DNA of 64,000 bases from Chitinophagaceae bacterium (GCA_033762195.1 JANRLV010000150.1:30064-94063), one strand, 5' to 3'; positions 46,946 through 55,366 are shown, counted from the first letter of the stretch. Notes: a model not told the origin generated them from the sequence alone. Program-made: numbers and translations.

Positions 46946-47317
46946 ATGCCGCTAAAATCTATTCGCCCTTCCGGTGACACAGAAGAGAATTTTTTTACGC
47001 TTGTTTACCAGGTAGCGCGACAAATTCCCAAGGGGAGGGTTACTTCTTATGGTGCTATTGCTGCCGCGCTGGGGGCAAAATCCTCCGCCCGAATGGTAGG
47101 TTGGGCCATGAATGGTTGTCACAAAGTTCGACCAAAGGTTCCAGCTCATCGCGTTGTGAACCGCAATGGGATGCTTACCGGGAAAATGCATTTTGATCCG
47201 CCGGGCAAAATGGCGGAATTGCTAAAGAAGGAAGGCGTGAAAGTGAAGAATGATAAAGTGGTGGATTTTGGTACGTTATTCTGGGATCCAATGGAAATTG
47301 AAAAGGACTTGTCGTAA
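46946..47317 (+). CDS. MGMT-family DNA-binding protein lacking the acceptor cysteine (alkyltransferase-like, ATL-type)
   Basis: 'VYQVARQIPKGRVTSYGAIAAALG' and 'VPAHRVVNRNG' are present, so the motif is PAHRV instead of PCHRV. The start is the ATG at 46946; the longer ORF-track extension overlaps the previous gene. Confidence 0.75.
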   Translation: MPLKSIRPSGDTEENFFTLVYQVARQIPKGRVTSYGAIAAALGAKSSARMVGWAMNGCHKVRPKVPAHRVVNRNGMLTGKMHFDPPGKMAELLKKEGVKVKNDKVVDFGTLFWDPMEIEKDLS

Positions 47318-47356
47318 GTGCGGGGCTGGAAGCCTGTCAAATAAGACCTATCACAT

Positions 47357-47578
47357 TCAGGGCCTGGGTTCCTCGGTCCTTCGACCTCTGTCTTCAGATT
47401 TTTCTCTTTTCAACTCGCTTTTTCTCGGCTCGGGAACACTTTCATAGCTATAGGGGCAATGCAGGCAGCCCATGCCACAGCAATAGCCTTGTTCAAGGTG
47501 GTATTGTTCGGTGAGGACAATAAACCCATCGTCATTGCGGTAATAATGAATCCCTTCTTTAAGCGGTTGCTCCTTCAT
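47357..47578 (-). CDS. DUF5522-like small Cys-rich protein
   Basis: It has the motif 'GYCCGMGCLHCPY' and a charged low-complexity C-terminal tail. Confidence 0.55.
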   Translation of the reverse strand: MKEQPLKEGIHYYRNDDGFIVLTEQYHLEQGYCCGMGCLHCPYSYESVPEPRKSELKREKSEDRGRRTEEPRP

Positions 47579-48272
47579 GTTCTTTCAGGTATTGCTGTAA
47601 TGATTTATCCTGCTCCGGGCCCGGTAATGGGACGGGCAGGGAGAATTTCAGGTAATGGGTACGTTGGCTACCAGCGATATCGAGTGATTCATAATAGGTT
47701 TTAATAGACAGTTCCGGTCCCGGGTCTTCTTGGCCATATACATTTGGGTTGTCCACCCACAAGGTACATCCATATCTTTCGATCACGGTTTTTGTAAAGG
47801 CATATAGGGCCGGGCTATCGGTCTTAAGGTGTATAAAACCACCGGGAGCAAGAAATTGTTGATAGAGACGCAGGAATTTAGGGTGGGTAAGCCTTTTTTT
47901 GGCCTTGGAAGTACGCAATTGGGGGTCGGGAAAGGTGATCCAGATACCCGCTACTTCCCCAGGGGCGAAATAGGTATTGATCTTATCGATCTCTGTTCGC
48001 AGAAAAGCGACATTTTTTAACCCCTGGTCCAGCGCTTTTTTCGCCCCTACATAGATCCTGTTTCCCTTGATATCCACGCCAATAAAGTTCTGATTGGGGT
48101 ACAAACTGGCCAATCCCAGCGCATACTCACCCTTTCCACAGGCCAGTTCCAGGGTCAGGGGGTTGGCATTGCCAAAATGCCCCGGCCATTGACCGGGCAT
48201 GGATTGGGGGAACTGAAGAACGTTGGGAAATGACTTGATGGCTTCGAAGCGAACGAGTTTCTTATGACCCAT
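47559..48272 (-). CDS. trmB: tRNA (guanine-N7)-methyltransferase
   Basis: TrmB motifs 'LELACGKGEY', 'IGVDIKG' and 'ITFPDPQLR' are present. Confidence 0.9.
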   Translation of the reverse strand: MGHKKLVRFEAIKSFPNVLQFPQSMPGQWPGHFGNANPLTLELACGKGEYALGLASLYPNQNFIGVDIKGNRIYVGAKKALDQGLKNVAFLRTEIDKINTYFAPGEVAGIWITFPDPQLRTSKAKKRLTHPKFLRLYQQFLAPGGFIHLKTDSPALYAFTKTVIERYGCTLWVDNPNVYGQEDPGPELSIKTYYESLDIAGSQRTHYLKFSLPVPLPGPEQDKSLQQYLKEHEGATA

Positions 48273-48290
48273 GCGGCAAATATATACCAG

Positions 48291-48345
48291 GATTGACCAG
48301 GATTTTTGGATTGAACAGGATTGAGGGATTGACCAAGATTGATAT
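48291..48345. repeat. Degenerate 8-10-nt tandem units (A)CCAGGATTG x6
   Basis: 'accaggattg accaggattt ttggattg aacaggattg agggattg accaagattg'. The reverse complement of its first 14 nt recurs at 48496..48509. Confidence 0.7.
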
Positions 48346-48356
48346 CTATATTAAAC

Positions 48357-48413
48357 GATTAAAGGATTGAGGAATAGATATCTTACAGGTATCTATTCTT
48401 CAATCCTTTAATC
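48357..48413 (-). terminator. 24-bp near-perfect hairpin (one G-U pair), 9-nt loop
   Basis: The arms at 48357..48380 and 48390..48413 are reverse complements apart from one g/a difference. Confidence 0.6.
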
Positions 48414-48434
48414 TTAAAATCCAGGTAATCCTGG
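48414..48434 (-). terminator. Short hairpin CCAGG-ATTA-CCTGG followed by a U-run on the minus strand, just 3' of the tRNA-like RNA
   Basis: The minus-strand reading is 'gaCCAGGattaCCTGGatttta', beginning 6 nt after the acceptor 3' strand. Confidence 0.5.
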
Positions 48435-48440
48435 TCTTGC

Positions 48441-48602
48441 TGTAGGGGGAGGAGTCGAACCTCCACGGGGCAGTTAGCTCTTGCACAAAGATTTAGTGGT
48501 CAATCCTGGTCGGCCTGACGGTCGGCTCTATGCAAGGTTTATCCTGTTGTCCCCACCCTCGAGACGAGAGGGCATGTCTGCCGAAAATTTCATCACCCCA
48601 CA
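48441..48602 (-). ncRNA. tRNA-like-domain RNA (tmRNA-like architecture, about 160 nt); not a canonical tRNA or a canonical tmRNA
   Basis: On the minus strand there is a perfect T-arm, GGAGG-TTCGACT-CCTCC. The 3' strand CCCTACA pairs with the 5' strand TGTGGGG (7 bp, one G-U). GGCAG and CTGCC form a helix-2-like stem, with no D or anticodon arm. A terminator follows, and a TAnnTTTG box (TATTTTTG, 48635..48642) lies upstream. Confidence 0.6.
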
Positions 48603-48751
48603 GTATAATCGTATTCGATAAGAACTTGATAGAACAAAAATAAAGAAACACCCCCATTCATTCCAAATTTTTCAACAAAAAATAAAAAACTATTGAGATT
48701 ATCTAATAATTCGCTAATTTAGTTTGAAATTATTTAAAAAAGACATTGAAT

Positions 48752-49225
48752 ATGGCCGCTAAATTGAATCTTGACAAACTGGACCTGCAGATCATCAACC
48801 ATATGATGGATGATGCATCGATTTCTTATGCCGATCTGGGTAAAAAACTCTTTGTTTCGGGTGGTACTATTCACGTCCGGATCAAAAAGCTTCAGGAAAT
48901 GGGCATTGTCAAAGGTACAAGGCTTCATGTAGATACCAAGGCGCTGGGGTATGATGTCAACGCCTTTATCGGGATCTTCCTGGAAAAGAGTTCGCTCTAT
49001 GATAATGTTGCACGTGAACTGGGTAAGATACCCGAAATCGTTAGACTAAATTATACTACGGGCAACTATTCCATGTTTGCCGAAGTGGTGTGTAAGGATA
49101 TCGACCATTTTCGCCAGGTGCTTCATTATCAACTTCAAAAAGTGAAGGGGATCGAACGTACGGAAACCCTGATCGCGCTGGAGGAGAGCATTAACAGGAA
49201 TGTGCAGGTGGGGGAGGACAGATGA
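48752..49225 (+). CDS. Lrp/AsnC family transcriptional regulator
   Basis: The HTH reads 'LDLQIINHMMDDASISYADLGKKLFVSGGTIHVRIKKLQEMGIV', followed by a RAM domain. The stop codon lies inside repeat copy C. Confidence 0.9.
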   Translation: MAAKLNLDKLDLQIINHMMDDASISYADLGKKLFVSGGTIHVRIKKLQEMGIVKGTRLHVDTKALGYDVNAFIGIFLEKSSLYDNVARELGKIPEIVRLNYTTGNYSMFAEVVCKDIDHFRQVLHYQLQKVKGIERTETLIALEESINRNVQVGEDR

Positions 49226-49375
49226 CGGAGGACGGAGGACAGATGACAGATGACGGATGACAGATGACGGAGGTAAAGGGGGTAGACTTCGGACTCCTGA
49301 CCCCGGATTCCTCATCCGTCATCTGTCATCTGTCATCTGTCATCTGTCCTCTGTCATCCAACCTCCATCATCCAA
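49211..49375. repeat. Composite palindromic repeat, copy C: heptamer-microsatellite arms (GACAGAT/ATCTGTC) flanking the CGGACTCC-family core
   Basis: The left arm is 'ggacagatgacggaggacggaggacagatgacagatgacggatgacagatgacgg'. The core 'gtagacttcggactcctgaccccggattcc' lies at 49282..49312. The right arm is (GTCATCT)x4 perfect at 49318..49345 plus two degenerate units. Confidence 0.8.
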
Positions 49376-49427
49376 CCCCCCCCTTCCCTAAATCCCAAAT
49401 AAATCCTATCTTAGTCCTCTTATTTTA

Positions 49428-49856
49428 ATGAAAATGACCATGAGAAGATTTCCAGCCCTATTGTTTGCCACCATCGTGTTGATCTTTGGTGTTGCCGGAA
49501 AATGTAGCAAAGGTGGCGGTGGTACGCCTACGCCCGCAGAAGCTAACCTCGCTGTTACATTGAACCCTCCTGTCGGATCCAATCAGGCAGCCGCCCTTGG
49601 TCCCGATTTCCCGCTTTCCGTAACCGTCACTTCAACGATGCCACCTCAGGGAGTTACTATAGAAGTGACTGCCAAAGTGGAAAATGCAACAACCAACTTC
49701 TATGCACCTGCTATTACAAGCACCAGTGCTACCGTTTCTAACTTTACAATCACCAATACACCTGTTGCCTCTACCTGCGTAGTGACCGTAACAGTAACTT
49801 CGAAGACAAAGGCCACGAATAAGTGGACCGGGTCGTATCGATACTCCAGGAAATAG
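49428..49856 (+). CDS. Secreted/lipoprotein-like Thr-rich hypothetical protein
   Basis: The signal peptide 'LLFATIVLIFGVAGKCS' is followed by a Gly-rich linker and a T/V-rich beta-like domain. Confidence 0.5.
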   Translation: MKMTMRRFPALLFATIVLIFGVAGKCSKGGGGTPTPAEANLAVTLNPPVGSNQAAALGPDFPLSVTVTSTMPPQGVTIEVTAKVENATTNFYAPAITSTSATVSNFTITNTPVASTCVVTVTVTSKTKATNKWTGSYRYSRK

Positions 49857-49868
49857 TAATTTGTAAAA

Positions 49869-49923
49869 AAGGAATATAAAAAAAGGAGTCAGGCACTACC
49901 TGATTCCTTTTTTTATATTCCTT
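49869..49923. terminator. 25-bp near-perfect hairpin flanked by A- and T-runs; bidirectional terminator between convergent genes
   Basis: The arms at 49869..49893 and 49899..49923 are complementary except for one G-U pair. The loop is 'cacta'. Confidence 0.75.
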
Positions 49924-49941
49924 ATTTCTTATTACCTATTT

Positions 49942-51027
49942 TCAACCCTCTCTCACATCCACCGCATCCCTCAACGCATTTCCCAATAAATTAAAAGAAA
50001 GCACCAGCAACATAATGGCTACACCTGGTGCCAATGCCAGCGAAGCATTTTGCGTAATGATAAAATTGTAGTTTTCTTTTATCATCAAACCCCAACTGGG
50101 TTGAGGAGGTTGTACACCAATACCTAAAAAACTCAATCCCGCTTCGATCACAATGGCCGAGGCAAAATTAGAGGCAGCGATCACCAGTACCGGTCCAATG
50201 ATATTGGGAAGTATATGCCGGAAAATGGTCCGCGCATGCGAATACCCCATCACACGGGTAGCTTCAATGTATTCCAACTCCCGGATCCCCATCACCTGCC
50301 CGCGTACCAGTCTGGCCACATTTACCCACATCGTCAATCCAATGGCGACAAAGACCTGCCAGAAGCCTTTTCCTAAAACCAACGTGATGGCAAAGACCAG
50401 CAGCAAGGTGGGAATACTCCAGATCACATTGATGAACCACATGATGAAATCATCTGTTCGCCCTCTGAAATACCCGGCCAGGGCTCCCAGGATAACGCCG
50501 ATGCTGAGGGATAACAATACAGTGATCAACCCCACTCCCAGGCTCACTCTTGTACCTACCATCAAACGGCTCAGGATATCGCGTCCATATTGATCGGTGC
50601 CCAGAACAAACTTTTTATTTACTACCGGTTCTGATGCTAATGCGCTCAAGGGATAAACCTGAGTCTCCGTCAGGGTTTCATCAATGCGTTTCTGCACCCG
50701 TATGCTGTCACCGGCAAGTGCATGTGTGGTGATGGGCAGATAGGTCCAGGGTTCCTCTTTTCCATAGAGTAGGCGGGAAAAGAAACCCGAACTATTCAAT
50801 TCTTTTTCTTTTTTGATCCGGAGAAAGGTTTGCCTGAACCCGGGTGATTGACCACCGATTTCCAGGATCATCCGGTTGGCAAAAGGACTTGGATCGGGTG
50901 CCAGGAAATAGGCAAAAACAGCGATGAAGACACTTATAGAAATAATTATTAACCCACCTACTGCGCCTTTATTTCGGCGAAGCTTTTTCCAAACGGAACG
51001 GCCAGGTGATATGGCAGAGGAGGACAT
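49942..51027 (-). CDS. ABC transporter permease (DppC/OppC-type, binding-protein-dependent family)
   Basis: It has the OppC N-terminal domain and the EAA-like loop 'EYIEATRVMGYSHARTIFRHILPN'. Confidence 0.85.
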   Translation of the reverse strand: MSSSAISPGRSVWKKLRRNKGAVGGLIIISISVFIAVFAYFLAPDPSPFANRMILEIGGQSPGFRQTFLRIKKEKELNSSGFFSRLLYGKEEPWTYLPITTHALAGDSIRVQKRIDETLTETQVYPLSALASEPVVNKKFVLGTDQYGRDILSRLMVGTRVSLGVGLITVLLSLSIGVILGALAGYFRGRTDDFIMWFINVIWSIPTLLLVFAITLVLGKGFWQVFVAIGLTMWVNVARLVRGQVMGIRELEYIEATRVMGYSHARTIFRHILPNIIGPVLVIAASNFASAIVIEAGLSFLGIGVQPPQPSWGLMIKENYNFIITQNASLALAPGVAIMLLVLSFNLLGNALRDAVDVREG

Positions 51028-51060
51028 GGAGGAAAGATAAATATTATTAAACTATACCCC

Positions 51061-52182
51061 TCATTTTACACGACGGCCTTTCCAGGAATAACGACCAAAC
51101 TGACCCAGCCAGCCAGCTATGAGGGTGTACAGAATATGAAGAGGCTGTAAAATGGGGAAGTAACCCATTAAGTTGCTAACCTGATAGAAACGGGCCACAG
51201 AAGAAACAAAGGGAAGCTCAATCAGGGTTTTTAAAATCAATAAAGCACAGGCCATCCAAAAAGCAGATTGCTGGAAAAAAGAAAGGAAGAATAGGACAGG
51301 AATGACCAGATTGAAAAGATATACCGCCAATAACACAAGGAAAAGAGACGCCTGTTTGTAATAGGTGGCTTTACTCGCCCAGCGAATACGCTGTTGGATA
51401 AATTCAGTCCAGCTATAGGCAGGCTGCGTAACCACCACGGCTTCTTTGGCCAAAAGATAATGCGCCGAACCAGGGAAAGCCTGTTGAATCTTCTGCATCA
51501 GGAGCATGTCATCACCCGATGCAATATGATCAATACCGTTAAACCCCTGCACGGTTTGAAAAGCTGATTTCTTATAAGCCAGATTGGCGCCATTGCACAT
51601 ATGCATAAATCGTCCGTGTACTGCCCCTGCTGTGATCCCTTGCAGGGTCATGAAGTCAAGTGCCTGAAAAATTTGTAATAAGGAACGATCATGCGCCATA
51701 CGCACCGGGGCCACCACCATTTGTGGGTTACGATGTGTTATAAAACGGGAGAGTGTACTCAGCCACTGAGGACCTGGGACGCAATCCGCATCGGTGGTAA
51801 GGATCCACTCATTCCGGCTTTGGGCAATGCCTTCGGTTAAGGCTCGCTTTTTATAGGAATTCTGCTCTTTTCCAGTAAGCCTGATCAATTTTACATTTTC
51901 ATATTGAGCCACTACCTGGGCCGTATTATCGGTGGAATCATCATCCACTACAATGACCTCCCACCAGGAAGGGTCAAGGTCCTGTTTACGCAAGGCATCC
52001 AACAATGATCCTATTCGGGTCTCTTCGTTTCGTGCCGGAATGATGATTGAAAATTGAATGTTGTTGGCAGGGGCATGATCATTTTTATAAACAGGTACCG
52101 CTCTCCATTTGGTATGCAGGAAGAAGATCAGTCCTGCATAAACGAGAAACAATAAGGAGGCACCAATATAGAGAATGACCAT
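51061..52182 (-). CDS. Glycosyltransferase family 2 (membrane-anchored)
   Basis: GT-A motifs 'SIIIPARNEE' and 'VVDDDSTD' are present, with 'QQRIRWA' (QxxRW-like) and C-terminal TM helices. Confidence 0.85.
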   Translation of the reverse strand: MVILYIGASLLFLVYAGLIFFLHTKWRAVPVYKNDHAPANNIQFSIIIPARNEETRIGSLLDALRKQDLDPSWWEVIVVDDDSTDNTAQVVAQYENVKLIRLTGKEQNSYKKRALTEGIAQSRNEWILTTDADCVPGPQWLSTLSRFITHRNPQMVVAPVRMAHDRSLLQIFQALDFMTLQGITAGAVHGRFMHMCNGANLAYKKSAFQTVQGFNGIDHIASGDDMLLMQKIQQAFPGSAHYLLAKEAVVVTQPAYSWTEFIQQRIRWASKATYYKQASLFLVLLAVYLFNLVIPVLFFLSFFQQSAFWMACALLILKTLIELPFVSSVARFYQVSNLMGYFPILQPLHILYTLIAGWLGQFGRYSWKGRRVK

Positions 52183-52206
52183 ACTGGCAAATCTACTCCA
52201 TAGCCT

Positions 52207-53022
52207 TTAGGGTAACAAAAGCGGGAGGAGTGCTTTGATATGTTTTTCGTGCAAGACCTGATGTCCGGATTCGATGATGTGCAAGGAGCAGGTAGGTCCA
52301 ATTGCTTCCTGAAACCGATAGCCCCGGTTGGGAAGGATGATGCGGTCATGCCGGCCATAGACAAGAGTAACCGGGATGGATTCTTTTTTTACCTGCATCG
52401 CTATTCGTTTCAGATCGGGTTTGATCTTTCGCATTGTGGTCCACCGGCGATACAGATCGATTCGTACCTGCGGATTGCCAATGTAATAATGTACAAATTT
52501 GTAGATACTCGAATTGATCAGCTTAAACCTGTTCAACCCCCGGAGAAAGTGAAGAAAAATACCAGGATGCCGCATGGTGAATTGGAAAAGACGATTTCCG
52601 AGGATTGTTTGGGTAGAAAGCCAATACCAGAAATTCACTTTCAAGCCATCCGGAGCCAATAAAAAGATCTTGGTTACTTTGTTTGGATGATCCTGGTAGT
52701 ATTGAAGAACCACCCGCCCACCGAGGCTATATCCCATCAGGGAGAGGTTATTCCCCGGCTTGTATCCACACGCATTTAATACCAATTCAATGACCTGGTT
52801 CCAACCAGGGAGGTCAAGATCTGCTTCCTGCCAATCCGTTTCCCCATGAAAAGGAAGATCAATGGCCAGGATCCTGAAATGATCGCCCAGGTATTTTTCC
52901 AAAAAAGCATAGGAACCAGCATTTTCACCATACCCGTGAAAACAAAGCAGGAAATGATTCCCTTGTCCCCCAAGCTGGTAGGCGATTTTAGACTGGTTAT
53001 ATGCAACAATTCCCGGAACCAT
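52207..53022 (-). CDS. Alpha/beta hydrolase
   Basis: It has 'LLCFHGYGE', the nucleophile elbow 'MGYSLGG' and a C-terminal 'SGHQV'. Confidence 0.8.
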   Translation of the reverse strand: MVPGIVAYNQSKIAYQLGGQGNHFLLCFHGYGENAGSYAFLEKYLGDHFRILAIDLPFHGETDWQEADLDLPGWNQVIELVLNACGYKPGNNLSLMGYSLGGRVVLQYYQDHPNKVTKIFLLAPDGLKVNFWYWLSTQTILGNRLFQFTMRHPGIFLHFLRGLNRFKLINSSIYKFVHYYIGNPQVRIDLYRRWTTMRKIKPDLKRIAMQVKKESIPVTLVYGRHDRIILPNRGYRFQEAIGPTCSLHIIESGHQVLHEKHIKALLPLLLP

Positions 53023-53096
53023 GCCTACAAACGAAGGAAAAAATTTTGAAAACCGGATAGAAATATTAACTTTGAATTAGTTGCACAAACAACTAT

Positions 53097-53537
53097 ATGC
53101 CAAACAACCAATTTAAAAAAGGGGAGCTTTACAGTTTTATCACGGGTAAAGCCTCTACTGCAATAGCCCGGCGGTTACAGAAGAAGTTCAATGGATCGGA
53201 CCTGAACTTAACGATTGAGCAATGGAGTGTTTTGTACCATTTGTGGAAGCAGGACGGTATCAGTCAGCAAGAGTTGTGCAATGCCACCTATCGGGACAAG
53301 CCCAGTATTACCCGGCTGGTGGACAATCTTGAAAAGTTAAACCTGGTCAAACGTGTGCCTTCGGCGCATGACCGAAGGATCAATCTTATTTATTTGACCA
53401 AACAGGCGCAGAAATTGCAGGAACAGACCATGGTGATGGCGGAGGAGACCTTGAATGAAGCGTTGGTCACGGTGCCTGCGGATAAGATCGAAGTATGTAA
53501 AGAGGTTTTGCAGATCGTATATGACAATTTGAAATAA
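53097..53537 (+). CDS. MarR family transcriptional regulator
   Basis: The wHTH reads 'QQELCNATYRDKPSITRLVDNLEKLNLVKRVPSAHDRR'. Confidence 0.88.
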   Translation: MPNNQFKKGELYSFITGKASTAIARRLQKKFNGSDLNLTIEQWSVLYHLWKQDGISQQELCNATYRDKPSITRLVDNLEKLNLVKRVPSAHDRRINLIYLTKQAQKLQEQTMVMAEETLNEALVTVPADKIEVCKEVLQIVYDNLK

Positions 53538-53567
53538 CTCAATTTTTAAACGCGTAACATTAAGTCT

Positions 53568-55361
53568 ATGGCAACAGAAACCACAACGGTACGGGTACCC
53601 AGGGGCGCCGAATGGCTGATCAAACCATCTTCGTCTGCCGATACTTTTATTCCGGAGGAGTTTACCGAGGAGCAGAAGATGATTCGTGACATGTGTAATC
53701 AGTTCCTGGACATGGAAGTGATGCCCAACCTGGATCGCATTGACAGCCTGGAGCCAGGTCTCATGCGTTCGCTGGTACAAAAGGCGGGTGAGCAGGGGTT
53801 GTTGTCCGTTTCCTTTCCGGAGGAGTATGGCGGTTTGGGGAAGGACTTCATCACGTCCACCATTGTCAATGACTATTTGGGTGCGGGGCATTCTTTTTCC
53901 GTAGCCATTGCCGCACATACGGGTATTGGCACCTTACCTATTTTGTATTTTGGAACAGAAGAACAGAAGAAAAAGTATATCCCTAAACTGATTAATGGGG
54001 AATGGGCCGGGGCGTATGGACTAACCGAACCCAATAGCGGATCGGATGCCTTGGGGGCCAAGACCAGTGCTAAATTGAGTGCAGATGGCAAACACTATAT
54101 TTTGAATGGGCAGAAATGCTGGATTACGAATGGAGGTTTTGCCGATGTATTCACCGTGTTTGCCAAGATTGACGGCGACAAGTTTACCGGATTTATTGTA
54201 GAGAAAGGCACTCCTGGTTTCACCCAGGGACCGGAGGAGCATAAAATGGGGATCAAAGGATCATCCACGGTTCAGTTATATTTTCAGGATTGCCAGGTGC
54301 CTGTAGAGAATGTACTGGGTGAAATTGGGAAAGGGCATAAGATCGCGTTTAACATTCTGAACATTGGCCGGTTGAAACTTTGCGCGGCTGCCCTGGGCGG
54401 TGCCAAAAGAGCGTTGACTGAAACAGTTAATTATGCCATTACCCGTGAGCAGTTCAAACAACCGATATCGAATTTTGGCGCCATCAAACATAAGCTTGCT
54501 GAAATGGCGATCCGGATCTTCACGTGTGAAAGCGCCCTTTATCGCACGGCCGATCTGATTGATAGAAAGGAACATGAATTATTGGCGGCCGGGCAATCAT
54601 TTAGCGAAGCTTTATTGGGTGGGGCAGAGGAATATGCCATTGAATGTGCCATGTTGAAAGTGAATGGTTCTGAAGTATTGGATTATGTGGTGGATGAGGG
54701 CGTTCAGGTGCATGGTGGTAACGGATTTAGCGCGGAGTATAATATTTCGCGGGCTTACCGCGATAGCCGTATCAACCGGATCTATGAAGGCACCAATGAG
54801 ATCAACCGCTTGTTGACCCTGGATATGACCCTGAAACGTGCGATGCAGGGCCGCCTGGACCTGATGGGGCCGGCGATGTCGATTCAGAAAGAACTGATGA
54901 GCATTCCTGATTTTGGTTCCGGAGAAGAAGAGGCTTTTGCCGCTGAAAAGAAACTCATTGCCAACCTGAAGAAAGCGATCCTGATGACCGCTGGCGCGGC
55001 CGTACAAAAATTGATGATGAAGATCGAGAGCGAGCAGGAGATCCTGATGTCGATCGCGGATATGGCCATTGAGACCTATAATGCGGAAAGTGTACTGATG
55101 CGTGTAATGAAGTTGGTTGATAGAGATGGAGAACAAGCACAACAATTGAATCTGGATATTATGCGGACCTACCTGTTTGATGCGGCCGACAAGGTCAACA
55201 AATCAGGGAAAGACGCTATCAATGGTTTTGCCGAAGGTGATGAATTGCGAATGATCCTGATGGGATTGAAGCGGTTTACCAAGGCAGAGCCTTTTAATAC
55301 CAAAGCAGCACGCAGACGGATAGCTGATAAAATGATCGAAGAAAAGAGGTATTGTTTTTAA
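53568..55361 (+). CDS. Acyl-CoA dehydrogenase family protein (long form, about 600 aa)
   Basis: ACAD motifs 'GAYGLTEPNSGSDA' and 'WITNGGFADVFTVFAK' are present, along with 'QVHGGNGFSAEY'. Confidence 0.9.
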   Translation: MATETTTVRVPRGAEWLIKPSSSADTFIPEEFTEEQKMIRDMCNQFLDMEVMPNLDRIDSLEPGLMRSLVQKAGEQGLLSVSFPEEYGGLGKDFITSTIVNDYLGAGHSFSVAIAAHTGIGTLPILYFGTEEQKKKYIPKLINGEWAGAYGLTEPNSGSDALGAKTSAKLSADGKHYILNGQKCWITNGGFADVFTVFAKIDGDKFTGFIVEKGTPGFTQGPEEHKMGIKGSSTVQLYFQDCQVPVENVLGEIGKGHKIAFNILNIGRLKLCAAALGGAKRALTETVNYAITREQFKQPISNFGAIKHKLAEMAIRIFTCESALYRTADLIDRKEHELLAAGQSFSEALLGGAEEYAIECAMLKVNGSEVLDYVVDEGVQVHGGNGFSAEYNISRAYRDSRINRIYEGTNEINRLLTLDMTLKRAMQGRLDLMGPAMSIQKELMSIPDFGSGEEEAFAAEKKLIANLKKAILMTAGAAVQKLMMKIESEQEILMSIADMAIETYNAESVLMRVMKLVDRDGEQAQQLNLDIMRTYLFDAADKVNKSGKDAINGFAEGDELRMILMGLKRFTKAEPFNTKAARRRIADKMIEEKRYCF

Positions 55362-55366
55362 TCGAT

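Noticed and set aside
47357-47440. Another copy of the palindromic repeat under the C-terminal tail of the DUF5522-like ORF
   Set aside because: Only about 6 bp of arm complementarity and a weak vocabulary match (cctcggtccttcgacc) are present, which is too little to call.
48441-48602. Annotating the tRNA-like RNA as a standard tRNA or standard ssrA
   Set aside because: No D-arm or anticodon arm can be drawn, so it is not a tRNA. The length of about 160 nt, the absence of an ...ALAA-type tag and the absence of PK2-PK4 argue against a canonical tmRNA. I kept it as an unclassified tRNA-like ncRNA.
49211-49375. Possible CRISPR array (regular short repeats), also considered for 2411..2556
   Set aside because: The units are 7-21 nt and contiguous with no spacers, the two halves are mutually complementary, and there are no cas genes in the window.
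53337-55145. Minus-strand ORFs of 193 aa (53337..53918) and 177 aa (54612..55145)
   Set aside because: They are antisense to the marR and acyl-CoA dehydrogenase genes, which carry unambiguous family motifs.
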